A stretch of DNA of 61,259 nucleotides, the filler included, from Squatina squatina (lineage: Eukaryota): NCBI GenBank assembly GCA_031763465.1. It is 4 parts of 4 records of this genome, joined end to end, with 100 filler letters (N's around TTAATTAATTAA, not from the genome) between each part and the next. Parts side by side here need not be neighbours in the genome. Positions count along the whole stretch, not along the records: positions 14,318 to 28,758 come from JARFOE010000115.1; positions 28,859 to 43,941 come from JARFOE010000234.1; 2 more parts are not named here. One strand, given 5' to 3'. A program made the translations under genes and the position numbers. Position 1 is the stretch's first letter; each line of letters starts with the position of its first letter. Positions 27,441 through 39,793 of the stretch are shown one piece after another. Below the pieces are notes generated by a model. It was not told the DNA's origin. It did no database searches and saw only the letters and a list, made by a program, of their open reading frames with translations.

Positions 27441-28254
27441 ATGTGTTTCTCTGTCTTTTTATAGTTTTGACAGAAATTTGTAAAAACTTGACTGTTCAGT
27501 TAAAATGGAACGCAATGTACACAGAAGGGCAATGTTCTGGTAAATGCTGCACGTTTCATTTTATAAGTATGTGCTCTCAGTACATTGTTTTCTAAATTAC
27601 CATGCTGCTAATTGTAAGATAGCATTAATTAGCATTGCCCCATTACTGTTATGAATATATCAAATTTAGGAGTAACATTCAGTACATAATTAATATTTGT
27701 CTTAATGAATGTTTGTGACTTTCATTCTTGAGGGGTCGGTGTGCCTTTTGATGGCGTGGCATCTCATGAAATTCCCCGGTGGGTTCTGGGGGCTCAAAGG
27801 CCTTGTGCCTCCGAGACCCCCTGGGGAATTTCCCGGCAGGCGAGATGGGTCTCTCTCCCTGCCCAATTTAAGTTGAACACCCCATTCGCGCCCCTTGGAC
27901 GTGTTAACGGGTCATTAAAAAAAAAAGGAGAATTTGAGCCCTATTACATTCTCATCTTCAAAATCACGGAGAAGGAACAGCAAGGGCTTAATTGTTCTTT
28001 ATTGAAACAAAGCAATTCCTTGTAAAAGCCATATGTGATCATGTTGCTCTTGTTAAAAGATCTCAAAAGGTAATGATTGGGTGAGGCATAAAATGGCTAT
28101 CTGGGGTAACATCAATACTGAACTTAACTATTCCTTTTGGTCCTAAATTGCAGTAACTCACCAGTACCTTAGAATAATCATAATCTGGAACAGAGAATAT
28201 AAATTGAATTACATAGAATTTACAGCACAGAAACAGGCCATTTGGTCCAACTGG

Positions 28255-28740
28255 TCTACACTGGTGTTTATAAGAACATAAGAAATAGGAGAAGGAGTCG
28301 GCCAGTTGGCCCCTTGAGCCTCCTCCGCCATTCAATCAGATTATGGCTCACCTTCCACTTCAACTCCCCAACTTCCCGCACTATGCCCATATCCATTGAT
28401 TCCATTAGTATCCAAAAATCTATCGCTGTCTGTCTTGACTATACTCAACGACTGACCATCCACAGCCCTCTGGGGTAGAGAATTCCAAAGATTCACAACC
28501 GATGTTCCTTTTAAGATATGCGGGCGCTCCTGTGCAGTGTCTCACTGGCTTTTCAATGGGAAAAACTGTGCATGCATGGTATTTTAAATTGGCCACTCAC
28601 CCGGAAGAAATTAAATGGAACATCGTTCACAAACCTTTGAGTGAAGACATTTCTCCTCATCTCAGCCCTAAATGGCTGACCCTTTATTCTGACACTGTGA
28701 GCCTTTGCTCTAAACTCCCTAGCTAGGGAAATCATTCTCT
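28255..28740 (-). mobile_element. CR1 LINE 3' end with an internal unrelated insertion (~28502-28625)
   Basis: HSVRIKGQPFRAEMRRNVFTQR plus the standard 3' UTR; the CR1 match is interrupted in the middle. Confidence 0.75.
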
Positions 28741-28758
28741 CAGTTTATGCACCTCATG

Positions 28759-28858
28759 NNNNNNNNNNNNNNNNNNNNNNNNNNNNNNNNNNNNNNNNNN
28801 NNTTAATTAATTAANNNNNNNNNNNNNNNNNNNNNNNNNNNNNNNNNNNNNNNNNNNN
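28759..28858. other. Artificial spacer 44N-TTAATTAATTAA-44N
   Basis: Same construct as 14218-14317. Confidence 0.97.
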
Positions 28859-29908
28859 GCACTTGCTTAAAACATGTTACATCTCTAACCGTTGCCAGTT
28901 CTGATGAAATGCTCACTTCTCTCTCCACAGATGCTGCCTGACTCGTATTTCCAGCATTTTCTGTGATTATTTCAGATTTCCAGCATCTGCAGGATTTTGC
29001 ACTTATATTTTTGTAGGTGAAAGGTGTGAACTGGTCTGTGCAACTGGTCAAACCAGATAGAATCAATTTCAGAACCAAATAGCTTTAGCCACAAAGTTTT
29101 CTCAACTGCTTTTTGGACACTTTCTCACAAATGTCACAACATACTTCCTCAAAAATAAAACAGCAGGTACTGAGCCTGTGGATAAAATTACAGCACTGGT
29201 TTCGGTTTATGACTCTGGATATGAATGTCATGAAATGAGCAAGAACGCCACAGATTATTTTCCACTCCAGACACTTAGAATGTTAAAAGACATGTCTCTA
29301 TTCCAACCAAAAGTTGGGGTTCTTCGAAGTGTCTAACTTTGTTTATCCATTCAGTAACATAATTGGACTTTTAAGACAGCAAACACATATTTCCCATGTT
29401 TCAATGCAAATGAGACTCCCCTTCACACATGTCCTGTTTATCTGGCTTCAGGATCTGCACACAGACAGGTAATAAGTTGAATTTGTAGTAAACCAGGTTA
29501 GACGCCTTGACCAAGTCCAACACTATTTTAGCTGCAAACAGAGGTGATAACCTGTACATTAGATGGCAAATCTTTTAATAATCCTAGCACTGAGGCATGT
29601 CCTAATCCAGTTACTGTTGGTGCAGAAACAATCTAACTGGGCGAGGGTGAAAAACATTTTTTTTTAAAAAACAAAAGTGCAATTTTTCCTTTTCAAAAAG
29701 TGACACATACAAGCTGACGGTGCTGCAAAAGCATTAAAACATGGTCTTTCACGGTGTGGCCTTACGCTTTTGATATAAAAGCTTCATTATACTCACAGAC
29801 GTGATATCGTTGGTTATAACTTAGCAGATTGTATGAAGGCACCAGTGCTTTATATCCATATTCACTGCAAATGTAAACATTCTGCATTGCATGCCAACGA
29901 ATGCTTAC

Positions 29909-30127
29909 CCCAAAAGAATTTTAACAAAGATTTCTTTATTTGTCCTTGATGTCTCCTTCAGAGCGGTAACTTCTGCATCAAACCAGAAACCACGTTCCTC
30001 TGGTATCTCTAAATTGTAATTTACCATCACAGCCTGCCCTATTCGAAGCTGATCCCACTTCAAAACGGTTCTTGCCCGTGGCCGAACATTTTCTGCACAC
30101 ATTCCCACTATTCCGTTCTCTGGATAA
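29909..30127 (-). CDS. UHRF2: UHRF-family exon, tandem Tudor domain
   Basis: 219 bp, cag/gtaagc. YPENG...RPRARTVLKW...VMVNYN...RGFWFDAEVTALKETSRTNKEIFVKILLG is closer to recalled UHRF2 (FWFDAEITTLKTISRTKKELRVKIFLG) than to UHRF1. Confidence 0.8.
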
Positions 30128-30208
30128 CTGGAGACAGAAGAGAGAAAAAGCAAGAGTTAAATACAAAATTCTTTTTCAACTGCCAGATAAACAGAGTAAA
30201 ACAATTAT

Positions 30209-30313
30209 ACAGAAGCGAAATACTGCAGATGCTGGTATCTAGAATACAAACAAAAAATGCTGGAAAAACTCAGCAGGTCAGGCAGCATCTGTGGAGAGAA
30301 AAACAGAGTCAAC
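30209..30313. mobile_element. Penelope-derived/MER6-like short repeat fragment
   Basis: aaatactgcagatgctgg...aaatgctggaaaaactcagcaggtcaggcagcatctgtggagag; a reverse-oriented relative lies at ~28895-29000. Confidence 0.6.
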
Positions 30314-30413
30314 NNNNNNNNNNNNNNNNNNNNNNNNNNNNNNNNNNNNNNNNNNNNNNNNNNNNNNNNNNNNNNNNNNNNNNNNNNNNNNNNNNNNNNN
30401 NNNNNNNNNNNNN

Positions 30414-30545
30414 GGAGCCCGTGAACCGACTTAAAAACCAATTGCATGGGACTGCTCTGCAACACCCTCCAGGCCAAGTCCCCAATGGTGCATGGGAAGA
30501 CTCCCATGTAGAGACACCTCCACTGGGGACCCTCCCAGTCAAGCT
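30414..30545 (-). mobile_element. L1/Tx1-type LINE ORF2 C-terminal fragment
   Basis: GDLAWRVL..AVPCN..LSRF resembles the Tx1-clade motif GDLxWRxLHGAxxxN. Confidence 0.55.
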
Positions 30546-31812
30546 CTTGGGTGGTAGGAAGAACAGCTTCTATTTTAGCATATTAATTGCTTATTCTGGG
30601 TAAACTTTAGTATGCACATTGGTTTTAAAATTCAGTATGAAAAGTAGCTTCCTAAATCCATTCTGGGAAAATGGTCAAAAAATCCTGAAATGTGACCAAC
30701 CCATCAAACATTTGTCCACAATTCCCAATATCTCATCGTTTTTCAAACCTTAAGATGTTTTGAAATATTAATATGTTTTTCCTCTATTGCAGAAGAATCT
30801 TTGAGTGGAATCTCTCCTCCTTCCCATCCAACATCCATAACGATTCAGGCAACCACCTGAGATTCCAAGATAAACAAAGGTTTACAACTTTGTTTTGCCC
30901 TCTTTTGCTGCTTCTTTATTGTTCTGTTATATTTGCAGTGGGGAAAAATCATCAGCACAGGATATGAGTAACACATTTCTGAACATCAGCCCACGATTTA
31001 TTTTAAAACTAACCATGTTATTTTAAAACCAACCGCCAACATACTGTTCAGAAACTGAGGCAATTATCACTGGCATACACACCAGCGAGTCTATTTGTAA
31101 TGTGTAAAGCTGAAGGATGTTAGTGCTGGGGAATGGAATACTTCTTATTTTGGCCCCCTAGGGTCAGCATTAAATGCTCCCAGGTCGGATATAAAGTTTT
31201 CCTCACTCTTCCTCAACATGCCAAACCCTCAGAACCTCAAAAGACCATTCACTGCAAAGCTATTCTCCAAACTGTGGCCCCTAAGCATCAGCAACCTGGC
31301 CCCAAAAGCCCAGGCAATTAAGTTCTGTTTGTGCTTGGATTTCTTATCTGCTTCCTTGTCCTGTTTAATTTTGTAGACCTGGAGCTTAAGAAAGGGCTAT
31401 CCCGACTGCCGCACTGCTGGTTAAATCCTAAATCAAAACATCATCAAGATCTGTTGGCATCAGCAACTTGAGATGTAGGCAAAATAACGGGAATGCAGAA
31501 TTAAAACTTTATATGCAGTCCCTTGAAGCTCCAAGCTACGCAACTACGCAATGCACAAAAAGAAGTTTGCAGCCCTCTCTTCATTTTCCCCAATTCCCAC
31601 ACCAGCCATCCAATGATCCAAGTGCAATTAGCCAGATATGGGGTTCTGGCCCATACCAAAGACAAACTGGACTGACTGCCAAAATCCCATCAGACATCAA
31701 CAAATATTAATGAATGTATTGTCACCCAATTCAACAATGCACTCGGTCCCTTAATCATTCTTTGACTTTTAAATCAGAGGTTCAATTACTTGCAGACGAA
31801 ATAGTAACTTGC

Positions 31813-32064
31813 CTTGTACAATCCAAAGCCTGGATCTATGAGAAACGAGCGAGTAGATGTGCCTGGACGATTTTTCTTATTTTCTGCATTGGAAGAGGTT
31901 TTGTCACACTCGCTCTGCGATGAGCTGCATCCTGAGTCACTGTCTGAGAGCTCAATCTCATTTTCCTTTTTCTTCACTGTGGAGGAAGCAGGCTGACGAA
32001 TCAAAAGCTGAATGATATCATTCAGTCCCACGTTGTAATCGAACAGACTATGGCCATCTTCCAG
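31813..32064 (-). CDS. UHRF2: UHRF-family exon, end of UBL domain plus linker
   Basis: 252 bp, phase 0-0: LEDGHSLFDYNVGLNDIIQLLIRQ...LIDPGFGLYK. Acceptor tttcag; donor is AAG|gcaagt (GC-type). Confidence 0.8.
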
Positions 32065-32604
32065 CTGAAAAATGAAAGAAAACATTGTCCGGTAAGTATA
32101 TTGTTCAGATTACAGAGTTATGCAAAAATCAGAATGCCAATTTTGACTCCACGAGGGAATACACATACCAGAAGTGCTACTTTGTACTTAAATCTTCAGT
32201 TATAGAAAGGAATAAACTTCAAATAGATTGATTTCCAATGCAAGAAATATCACAGAATGTTTTTTCAAAAGGGATAATTATTAAAAATAAAATGCCCATA
32301 ACCATACGTCTGGGTCACAGACAGCCCTCACAGTTGGATTAACCTACCTCAAGCCTTGTGTCGCCACTTAAATTATTCAAAAGTTACACTCAAAGATGGC
32401 TTTGAGTGTGCTACAAGGCTGTAATTAGTGATCATACTTACACAAGAAACTGACAATATTAATGTAGAAAATAAACTTTAATAGCAAAACTCAAAAAGTA
32501 GTCCCTAACTTGGTCTGACAGACTGCCAGATTATGGTCCCTTCTTTACGATTTACTGATGCCCAGTCGGAATACCCAACTTTGCTTCAAAAAGAACATAA
32601 TAAG

Positions 32605-32966
32605 CACATAAGAAATAGGAGTAAAGTAGGCCATTCGGCACCTTGAGCCTGTTCCGCCATTCAACAAGATAATGGCTGATCTACCTCAACACCATTTTCC
32701 TGCACTATCCCCATATACCTTGATGCCTTTAATATCTATCTTTCACTGTTTTGAATGTACTCAATGACTGAGCCTCCACAGCCCTGTGGGGTAGAGAATT
32801 CCAAAGATTTACCATACTCAGTGAAAAAAATTCTCCACATCTCAGTCCTAAATGGCCTACCCTTTATTCTGAGACTGTGTCCCCTGGTTCTAGACCACCC
32901 AGCGAGGGGAAACATCCTCCCTGTATCTACCCTGTCGAGCCCTATAAGAATTTTGTGTATGTCAGG
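32605..32966 (-). mobile_element. CR1 LINE 3' end
   Basis: KILIGLDRVDTGRMFPLAGWSRTRGHSLRIKGRPFRTEMWRIFFT followed by the 3' UTR. Confidence 0.88.
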
Positions 32967-35477
32967 NNNNNNNNNNNNNNNNNNNNNNNNNNNNNNNNNN
33001 NNNNNNNNNNNNNNNNNNNNNNNNNNNNNNNNNNNNNNNNNNNNNNNNNNNNNNNNNNNNNNNNNNTCCAATTCTCTAAATTGTATAGTTATTAGATTTG
33101 GGGAATCCATTGCACTTCGTAAATGATTGAAATGGAATTCTGCTTATTGATTGAAGGACCAAGCACTCGTGGTCCCAGATACGACTCTGCACCACCTGCA
33201 TCCCTGGGATCTGATTACGTTGCCCTCCACCTGAGACTGGAGGTTTTCGCAGCCTTGCCGCCAGCAGGCACTTTCAGAATTGTTTTGTGGGTCGGAGGCG
33301 TACTTTGGAGGTACACCTCCGACCCAACATGATTTTGTGGTTTGGTTTGCCTCCAGCACTTGAAAGTCATCCACTGAAAGTAATGAGAGGGCCATTGGTA
33401 TCCAGTGACAGAATAAATCACATTTCACTATTAGGAATTCCGGAATTTTTAACTAATGCTTTTGCTAGCCCATCTCTTCCATTCTGTGCATTTTTCCGTT
33501 AAACCTGCAAAGTGGCATGGTGGAATTGAGCAACAGGGCTGCTCTGAATACAAAAATAAGGGGGTTAAGCCTTAAAAAAATTTAAAATATCAGTAATTTT
33601 TAGTCGCGGACATATTTTTTGCATCAGTACATGGGGATTTGGCAACATCAGGGCTGCATCCTGGAGAATTCCTTCAATAGTGTTAACCAAAAAACCCCCC
33701 AGTTTTTGGCCCTCAGCAAAAACACAAGGCATTTGCATCACGTTTCCTTGGGGATAACACTAACACCATTGGAGAGTGGGATACAAATGTTTCCTGTTAT
33801 ATGAGAATGAGGATTACAGTGTCTCCAGAGTGAATATGTGAATACTCAAAAATAAAATGGGGCTTTATCTGTTTCATCAAATTTTAAAAAAAGGACCTGA
33901 GGTTTGCCTCTGGAGTCAAGGAACTGCTTTAGTCTAGAAATCATGGACAAGGAGCCTAATATTTATTCTCGCCACTAAATATTTCTAATGAAAGCAGGGT
34001 AAGATAACCTTAGAGGAGCAAATGCTGAGAATTCAAAACATTGGGCTTTTTTAGGGGCATATTTGTACCCACTTAGCAGTCAAATATGAGTCCAGGCTGG
34101 TGGCATGAGAACAAAGTGTGTGATTAACTCCGTTTGGGCCTTTCTATAATTGTCATGGTGCTGTTTTAAATTAATTTCGCTGGCTTGAACATCTGCCACA
34201 TTGTTGTTGTAACTTTTAATAATATCCTCCCCTTGCAGCTTTTTGACAGTTATAAAATTAGAGGGGTATAAAATCACCACAAACATTAACGCGGGTGTGG
34301 TTTTTTTCTGTGGCTGCCTTTTGCTGGGGGGAGCAGCAATTATTTATCCTTTGACTAACTATAGTGGTCACATATTGATTTCATTAGCCTAGTCATCATC
34401 CCCCTACGATTAAATAAATCCCGTTTAAAATTTATGCAAGTTGCTTGCGAACAGGATCATTTTCATGTACTTGGAACATCGTAATGTAACAATTTCGTCT
34501 GTGATCCTTTTGCCAGTGCGCGGATAATCTGCACTGAATAACTGACATTAAACAAGCAATTAGAATGGAAAACAGCATGACTGCACCATTTACAGATGGT
34601 ATAAGGAGACCCTTTCTCCAGCTGATGCTTTTTGGGATCACATAACAAACACTAGTACTTAATTAAGCAGTTGTTTGATGTTTTTTTTCCAGACTCTTTG
34701 TCACTTTTTGTCCTTTTTAGATCTCGAAAAGACTCCTCACACATACACAAAAAACAGTAAATCCTCAGGAAGGGTGGTACATCTTACTTTCAACACAAGT
34801 GTGTGGATGAAACAACAGAGTTTAATTCAGCATTTCAGATCATAATCAAAATCGTCCAGAATATTTTCTCTTCGTTGGGCCAAAATTTACAGCAGTTCAG
34901 AATAGTCATCGATTGTTCACATTAGAGCAGACAAATTATCATTTAACAATGTTTTTTTCTCCTTACATCCTTGTGATTCAATTTAAATTAAATAAAGTTA
35001 TTAAGCATTAAAATAATATAATCAGCCAATTGTCATCTGTTATTAAATAGTTGGGAAGAGTGTATTGTGAGAAAATGAACTAATCGTGCCAGGACTGAGT
35101 AATTTGCCAACAGAATTGGTTAATGATGTGAGGATCAGAGATAACAGCCGTTACCGATTAAGAAACAAAATCCATTCTGAGGAGGCACAAGAATTTCAAC
35201 AGGCACTCAGTCAATGGCACTTGAGACTGAACAAGTCAAATTCTTTTTTTTAAGGACGCGACTGCTGCCAATGAGCTGGAAGTAGTTGCGCATGCGCAGT
35301 TCCAGTGTTTTGTTTTGTAAAGTTGAGCATGCACCCTGCTTAGATGATAGGAAACATCTTTTAAAAAGAAACAGAGANNNNNNNNNNNNNNNNNNNNNNN
35401 NNNNNNNNNNNNNNNNNNNNNNNNNNNNNNNNNNNNNNNNNNNNNNNNNNNNNNNNNNNNNNNNNNNNNNNNNNNNN

Positions 35478-35572
35478 CATTTCTTTGTTCCCCATGATCA
35501 ATTCACCTGTTTCTGACTGCAAGGGACCAACATTTGTCTTCACTAATCTTTTTCTCTTCACATATCTATAAA
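35478..35572 (-). mobile_element. CR1 ORF2 fragment
   Basis: YRYVKRKRLVKTNVGPLQSETGELIMGNKEM, abutting an N gap. Confidence 0.8.
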
Positions 35573-38330
35573 GAAAGGAGCAGTTTGTTGACTGAAGTAT
35601 CACAGTGGTGGCTGGGACTGTGAAAAATGGATAGAGAACTTAAGACCAAAGCATGCCTAGCATGGGAACAGATAGCTGCTATTTAAATCTGAGAATAATG
35701 GCCTTTCTTCTATTTCTTTGCTTTTCTCTAGATTGTGCATCACATATGGCTGGGAAGATGGGGGATCCTCTTTCAATGCCTACACTTATGCTGCTTTGAC
35801 ATGATACTAAGATTAAAGTTTACGCAGACTAAGGTTTGACACTTAGGCAGACTCTATCCTCTGGAGAAATGCTTGGCTTTTCTTGATGGTGAGATACAGC
35901 TGAGATCAGAAATTGAATGACTGGGAGTCTGAAGCTGCACCTGACTGCTGTGACACAATTGGTGTTCCAATGTGACATCCCATGGTGCTGCTTGAGAAAT
36001 GGGCACAGTATTAACTATTCACTCAAAGAGGAGGTACAGATCATGCAGGGAAAGTACATTAGTGTTTAATGGTTCACACATAGGTGGTGCTGAACTCTGA
36101 GCAATCCGGCCCACTGATGGTGACTTATATCTGCTGCAGTATCTGCCGATTTTCTGTTTTTGGTTTGAGATCTTCAGTGAAACGCTCCACATGTCTTAGG
36201 CCTCTGAGGTCAGGTGTTATTATTTTTTAAAAACGTAGATTCCACAGTAATACAACTCATATATACTGAATGAGTACAGAATATCTATTCTGTAAGAGAT
36301 TCTACAAAGTAATAAGCAATATAACATTCATGCAATATTATATTAGTATAATAACATTCTTCATCTAACTTGCTGTGTCCATAAACCAAACCGATTTGAT
36401 AATTACCAAATCTGGGAGGCGCCAGAACATTTTCAACGAACAGTAACTGTCAGCTTTCTTATCCCTGGTAGTTCAGATCTCACTGTTCTGCTTACTGTCT
36501 CTCCTACCTAAGTCCTGAAGCTACAGAACAGGTGATTATTTTTCAGCACACCTGACAATTAAACCATTGTGCTGCAGGAATGTTACAAAACTAACCACCT
36601 CAAGTGACAACCTTAGTAGACTGATAAAGGCCATCGATCTAATTTTAGGAATGTTACGTCCTTACTACCTGCTTGAATTCCTTTCACGAGAGTGGCTTTG
36701 TTGGATTGATTTTGTAAAAAGATGATTAGACTACTGTTTATATAAGGTTAGCCACAATTCAAGGGTTTTGATAGTCTTCCTAGTATTTTAATTGAAAATC
36801 TGATAGCCTCTATCATAAACATGCATACATATAAAATAAAAGGTTATGTCAGGTGATTACATTTTCATTCTAAATTGAATTTATTAACACAATGTACTTG
36901 AAGTGTGAACGATTTGACTCAAGATTTCATGCAGATCGGTAATAGCACTTCTTCCATAAGTTAGGACAGGAACGTACCAATACTGAAAATCTAAACACCA
37001 CTGAATTATAGGACGTGTTCTCACCCGTCATTTTATATCCCTCCTTTTTTTACTTTCCTGAAATACAGAATAATATTAAGCTGAAATCCAGCGCAGTGCT
37101 CAAATCAAGAGCAAGGGCTGGTTCTGACATCTTGGCATTTCCTGCATATATCGGCTGTTCCACACATGCACCTTACATTCCCTTTCTAAAAGGTAGGACT
37201 CAAACACATTTTCATGACAAAAGTGCCCCATTTCAGTGGAGCTTCTCCCTCTCAGCCTTTGGACAACTGCGCTCATATTTCTTCATGCTATTTCAGCATT
37301 AGTCTGAAAGTTCTTGGTGGTGGAGAACGTGAGTTACAGGGGTCACCTTCACTGGCATTGTGAGGAAACAGTCGGTGTGAACCTGACACTGCAAATCCTT
37401 CGCAGAGGTCATGCAGCATTCATGCTCATTAAATCGATGTCTCCACAAACAATGGGTGCCTCACAGTCAATAAAACAAATGCAATGTCTATAATTCCTAA
37501 GGCTTACATCTCTTACTGCATTTATAGCTTACTTGCAGCAAGTAAAGGATGGCATCCATTTTGAAAATTATATCAAAAAGCAAAACCACATTTAGCAGCC
37601 ATCTTATACTCTGCCTGGTAATTCCTCCACTGCAGAATGGAGGAATGCAGCCGAAAGTTTTGCCTTTACCGATTNNNNNNNNNNNNNNNNNNNNNNNNNN
37701 NNNNNNNNNNNNNNNNNNNNNNNNNNNNNNNNNNNNNNNNNNNNNNNNNNNNNNNNNNNNNNNNNNNNNNNNNNGTGATTTAGCAACATTTTTTTCTTTT
37801 CATGGTTTTGAAGAACAGAGTTTGTCAAAAGTAGCATTTCACAAAGGGTTCAGGGTGACATGAAAGCAGTTATACCCAAGCTGCATCTAAATCTGTAAAG
37901 CGGTTGCTGAACACTGTATGTTCAGGAAAGTTGGACTTGGACTGTGGATCACATAATTGTACCATTTAAAAGACGTACATTAGTAGATTTTTGTAAAGTT
38001 TTCATCTCCACATTGTGACTGATTTTAGTAAAGTATAACAATGTGTGTACAGAATTTTCAAACCGTGGAAATACAACCAACAGTATAAAAATGTATTTGC
38101 CCATCTGAACTTGGTTTATATCCAGAGAGAGCATTGTGAGCCGTACAAAAGTATAGTACTGTGGCTGCAGTTTTATTACTGGTGGAGTAAGTGAATTTTC
38201 CTGCACATTATTGGTATCAACATGTTAAATAAGCCTAATGGGAAGACTTTCTCCATTATTAAACTCGTTCAGTCAACTTCGTGTTACCATTTTCATGTCA
38301 TTGATTATAGTTTTTTTTTGTGCTTGTAAG

Positions 38331-38531
38331 GCCACTGAGAGAGAAGACGTCCATCACGGTAACATCAAAAGGTCGTTATGGTTTAGAAGAGGAGCGAGGA
38401 GCAGTGTGCACTTCCACTCGTCGACGTTCCATGCCCCGCAGCTTGGGGGGCATGTCTACAGGCGTCACTGAGTCCATAATGATTCAGGCTTTGCGACATG
38501 AAGAACAGCAGAGAGCGAGGGAAGAAAAGAG
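38331..38531 (+). CDS. BRD10: BRD10/KIAA2026 internal exon
   Basis: 201 bp, phase 2-2, ag/gtgaga. PLREKTSITVTSKGRYGLEEERGAVCTSTRRRS...ESIMIQALRHEEQQRAREEKR matches recalled KIAA2026. Confidence 0.88.
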
Positions 38532-38900
38532 GTGAGATGTTCAAAATTAAGCCATTACGCCGATTGGATGGAGAATAAATGTGTTCTGATAAACCGAATC
38601 ATCGAAGTTACAACACAGAAGATGGCCATTTGACCATCACACCTGTGCTGGTGCTAACACATCAACTGGAGCTACCTACTTCAGGCACATTTCCCTGCCT
38701 TTTTCCTATGTCATTTTATATTCATTTTCAAATACTTAGCCAGTTCCCTTTTAATTAGAAAGTTCTGCCTCGAGAGCCACTTATGCGGCAAATTCCCCTT
38801 NNNNNNNNNNNNNNNNNNNNNNNNNNNNNNNNNNNNNNNNNNNNNNNNNNNNNNNNNNNNNNNNNNNNNNNNNNNNNNNNNNNNNNNNNNNNNNNNNNNN

Positions 38901-39010
38901 AGCTGGAGACACTTCCTGCACACATAGTCATCAGGGATACTAGAAGTGTCCCTGATTTCCCACATAGTGCAGGAGGAGCATTCCACGGGGCTGAGCTGCG
39001 CTGCCATGAC
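38901..39010 (-). mobile_element. CR1 ORF1 N-terminal zinc-finger fragment
   Basis: MAAQLSPVECSSCTMWEIRDTSSIPDDYVCRKCLQ (CxxC...CxxC), abutting an N gap. Confidence 0.8.
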
Positions 39011-39189
39011 TTACCCTTTAATTGACTTAAATTAAATCAAATCAAGCCCACTAATCTCTCAAAAATTAAATGACATTAATTACTTAAAGGCTCTTCGCAC
39101 TCCCCGCTACACATTAGATCCTTAGAAACTATAACCGCAAACTAAGGACCTTCTCAACCTTATCAACTATTAACCTTAACCACTTGAGG

Positions 39190-39365
39190 GCAGACCGGTT
39201 TAACGTTTCATCCAAAAGGTGGCACCTCTGACAGTGCAGCACTCCCTCAGAACTGTACTGGAGTGTCAGCTTAGATTTTTTGTGCTCAACTCACTGGAGT
39301 GGGACTCTGAACCCACAATCTTCTGACTCCAAGATGAGAGTGCTACCCACTGAGCCACAGCTGAC
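39190..39365 (-). mobile_element. SacSINE1-like SINE, 5' half
   Basis: Reverse complement of the head and Deu core seen at 2890-3322. Confidence 0.75.
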
Positions 39366-39793
39366 ACCCTAGTACCATTGTGCAATTTTCTGAAATCACC
39401 TGTGCACACAACTCGGGTTGTGGGACATCTTATGGTTACCTCTGGCTGCACCCTAATTTTATACCACATAATGTACAAAAGAAAATATAATGTTTTCAAT
39501 CAGGGCACAGATTTACAAGTGAAACAACACAACATTGATTATAGATAAAAACTATTCATGCTGAATTAAGAAAATTCTGGAAATGCATAGCAAATCAATC
39601 AACATACAAAGTGAAACTTGGCTGTACGTTTTTCAGAATCCCTGATGAAGGATCCCACATGAAACATTAAACCTTTTTCAGATACTAACTGGTGTCTGCA
39701 TTTCCAGAATTTTACGTGCAATGGTAATGTGCTTGTTATGGAACTGTAGATATCTTCATTTGTTAATCTAATGTGGGGGTTTTACATTTCCAG

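Larger units (their letters stand above)
14477..28184 (-). pseudogene. Multi-exon decayed gene of unknown identity (about 10 exons visible)
   Basis: Minus-strand exons with ag/gt ends: 27948-28184, 26773-26900, 25609-25799, 23856-23996, ~22740-22949, 19616-19872, 19012-19169, 18467-18558, 14618-14732, ~14477-14515. Phases chain in two runs (exons 1-5 and 6-8). Most exons carry stops or frameshifts. Confidence 0.7.
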
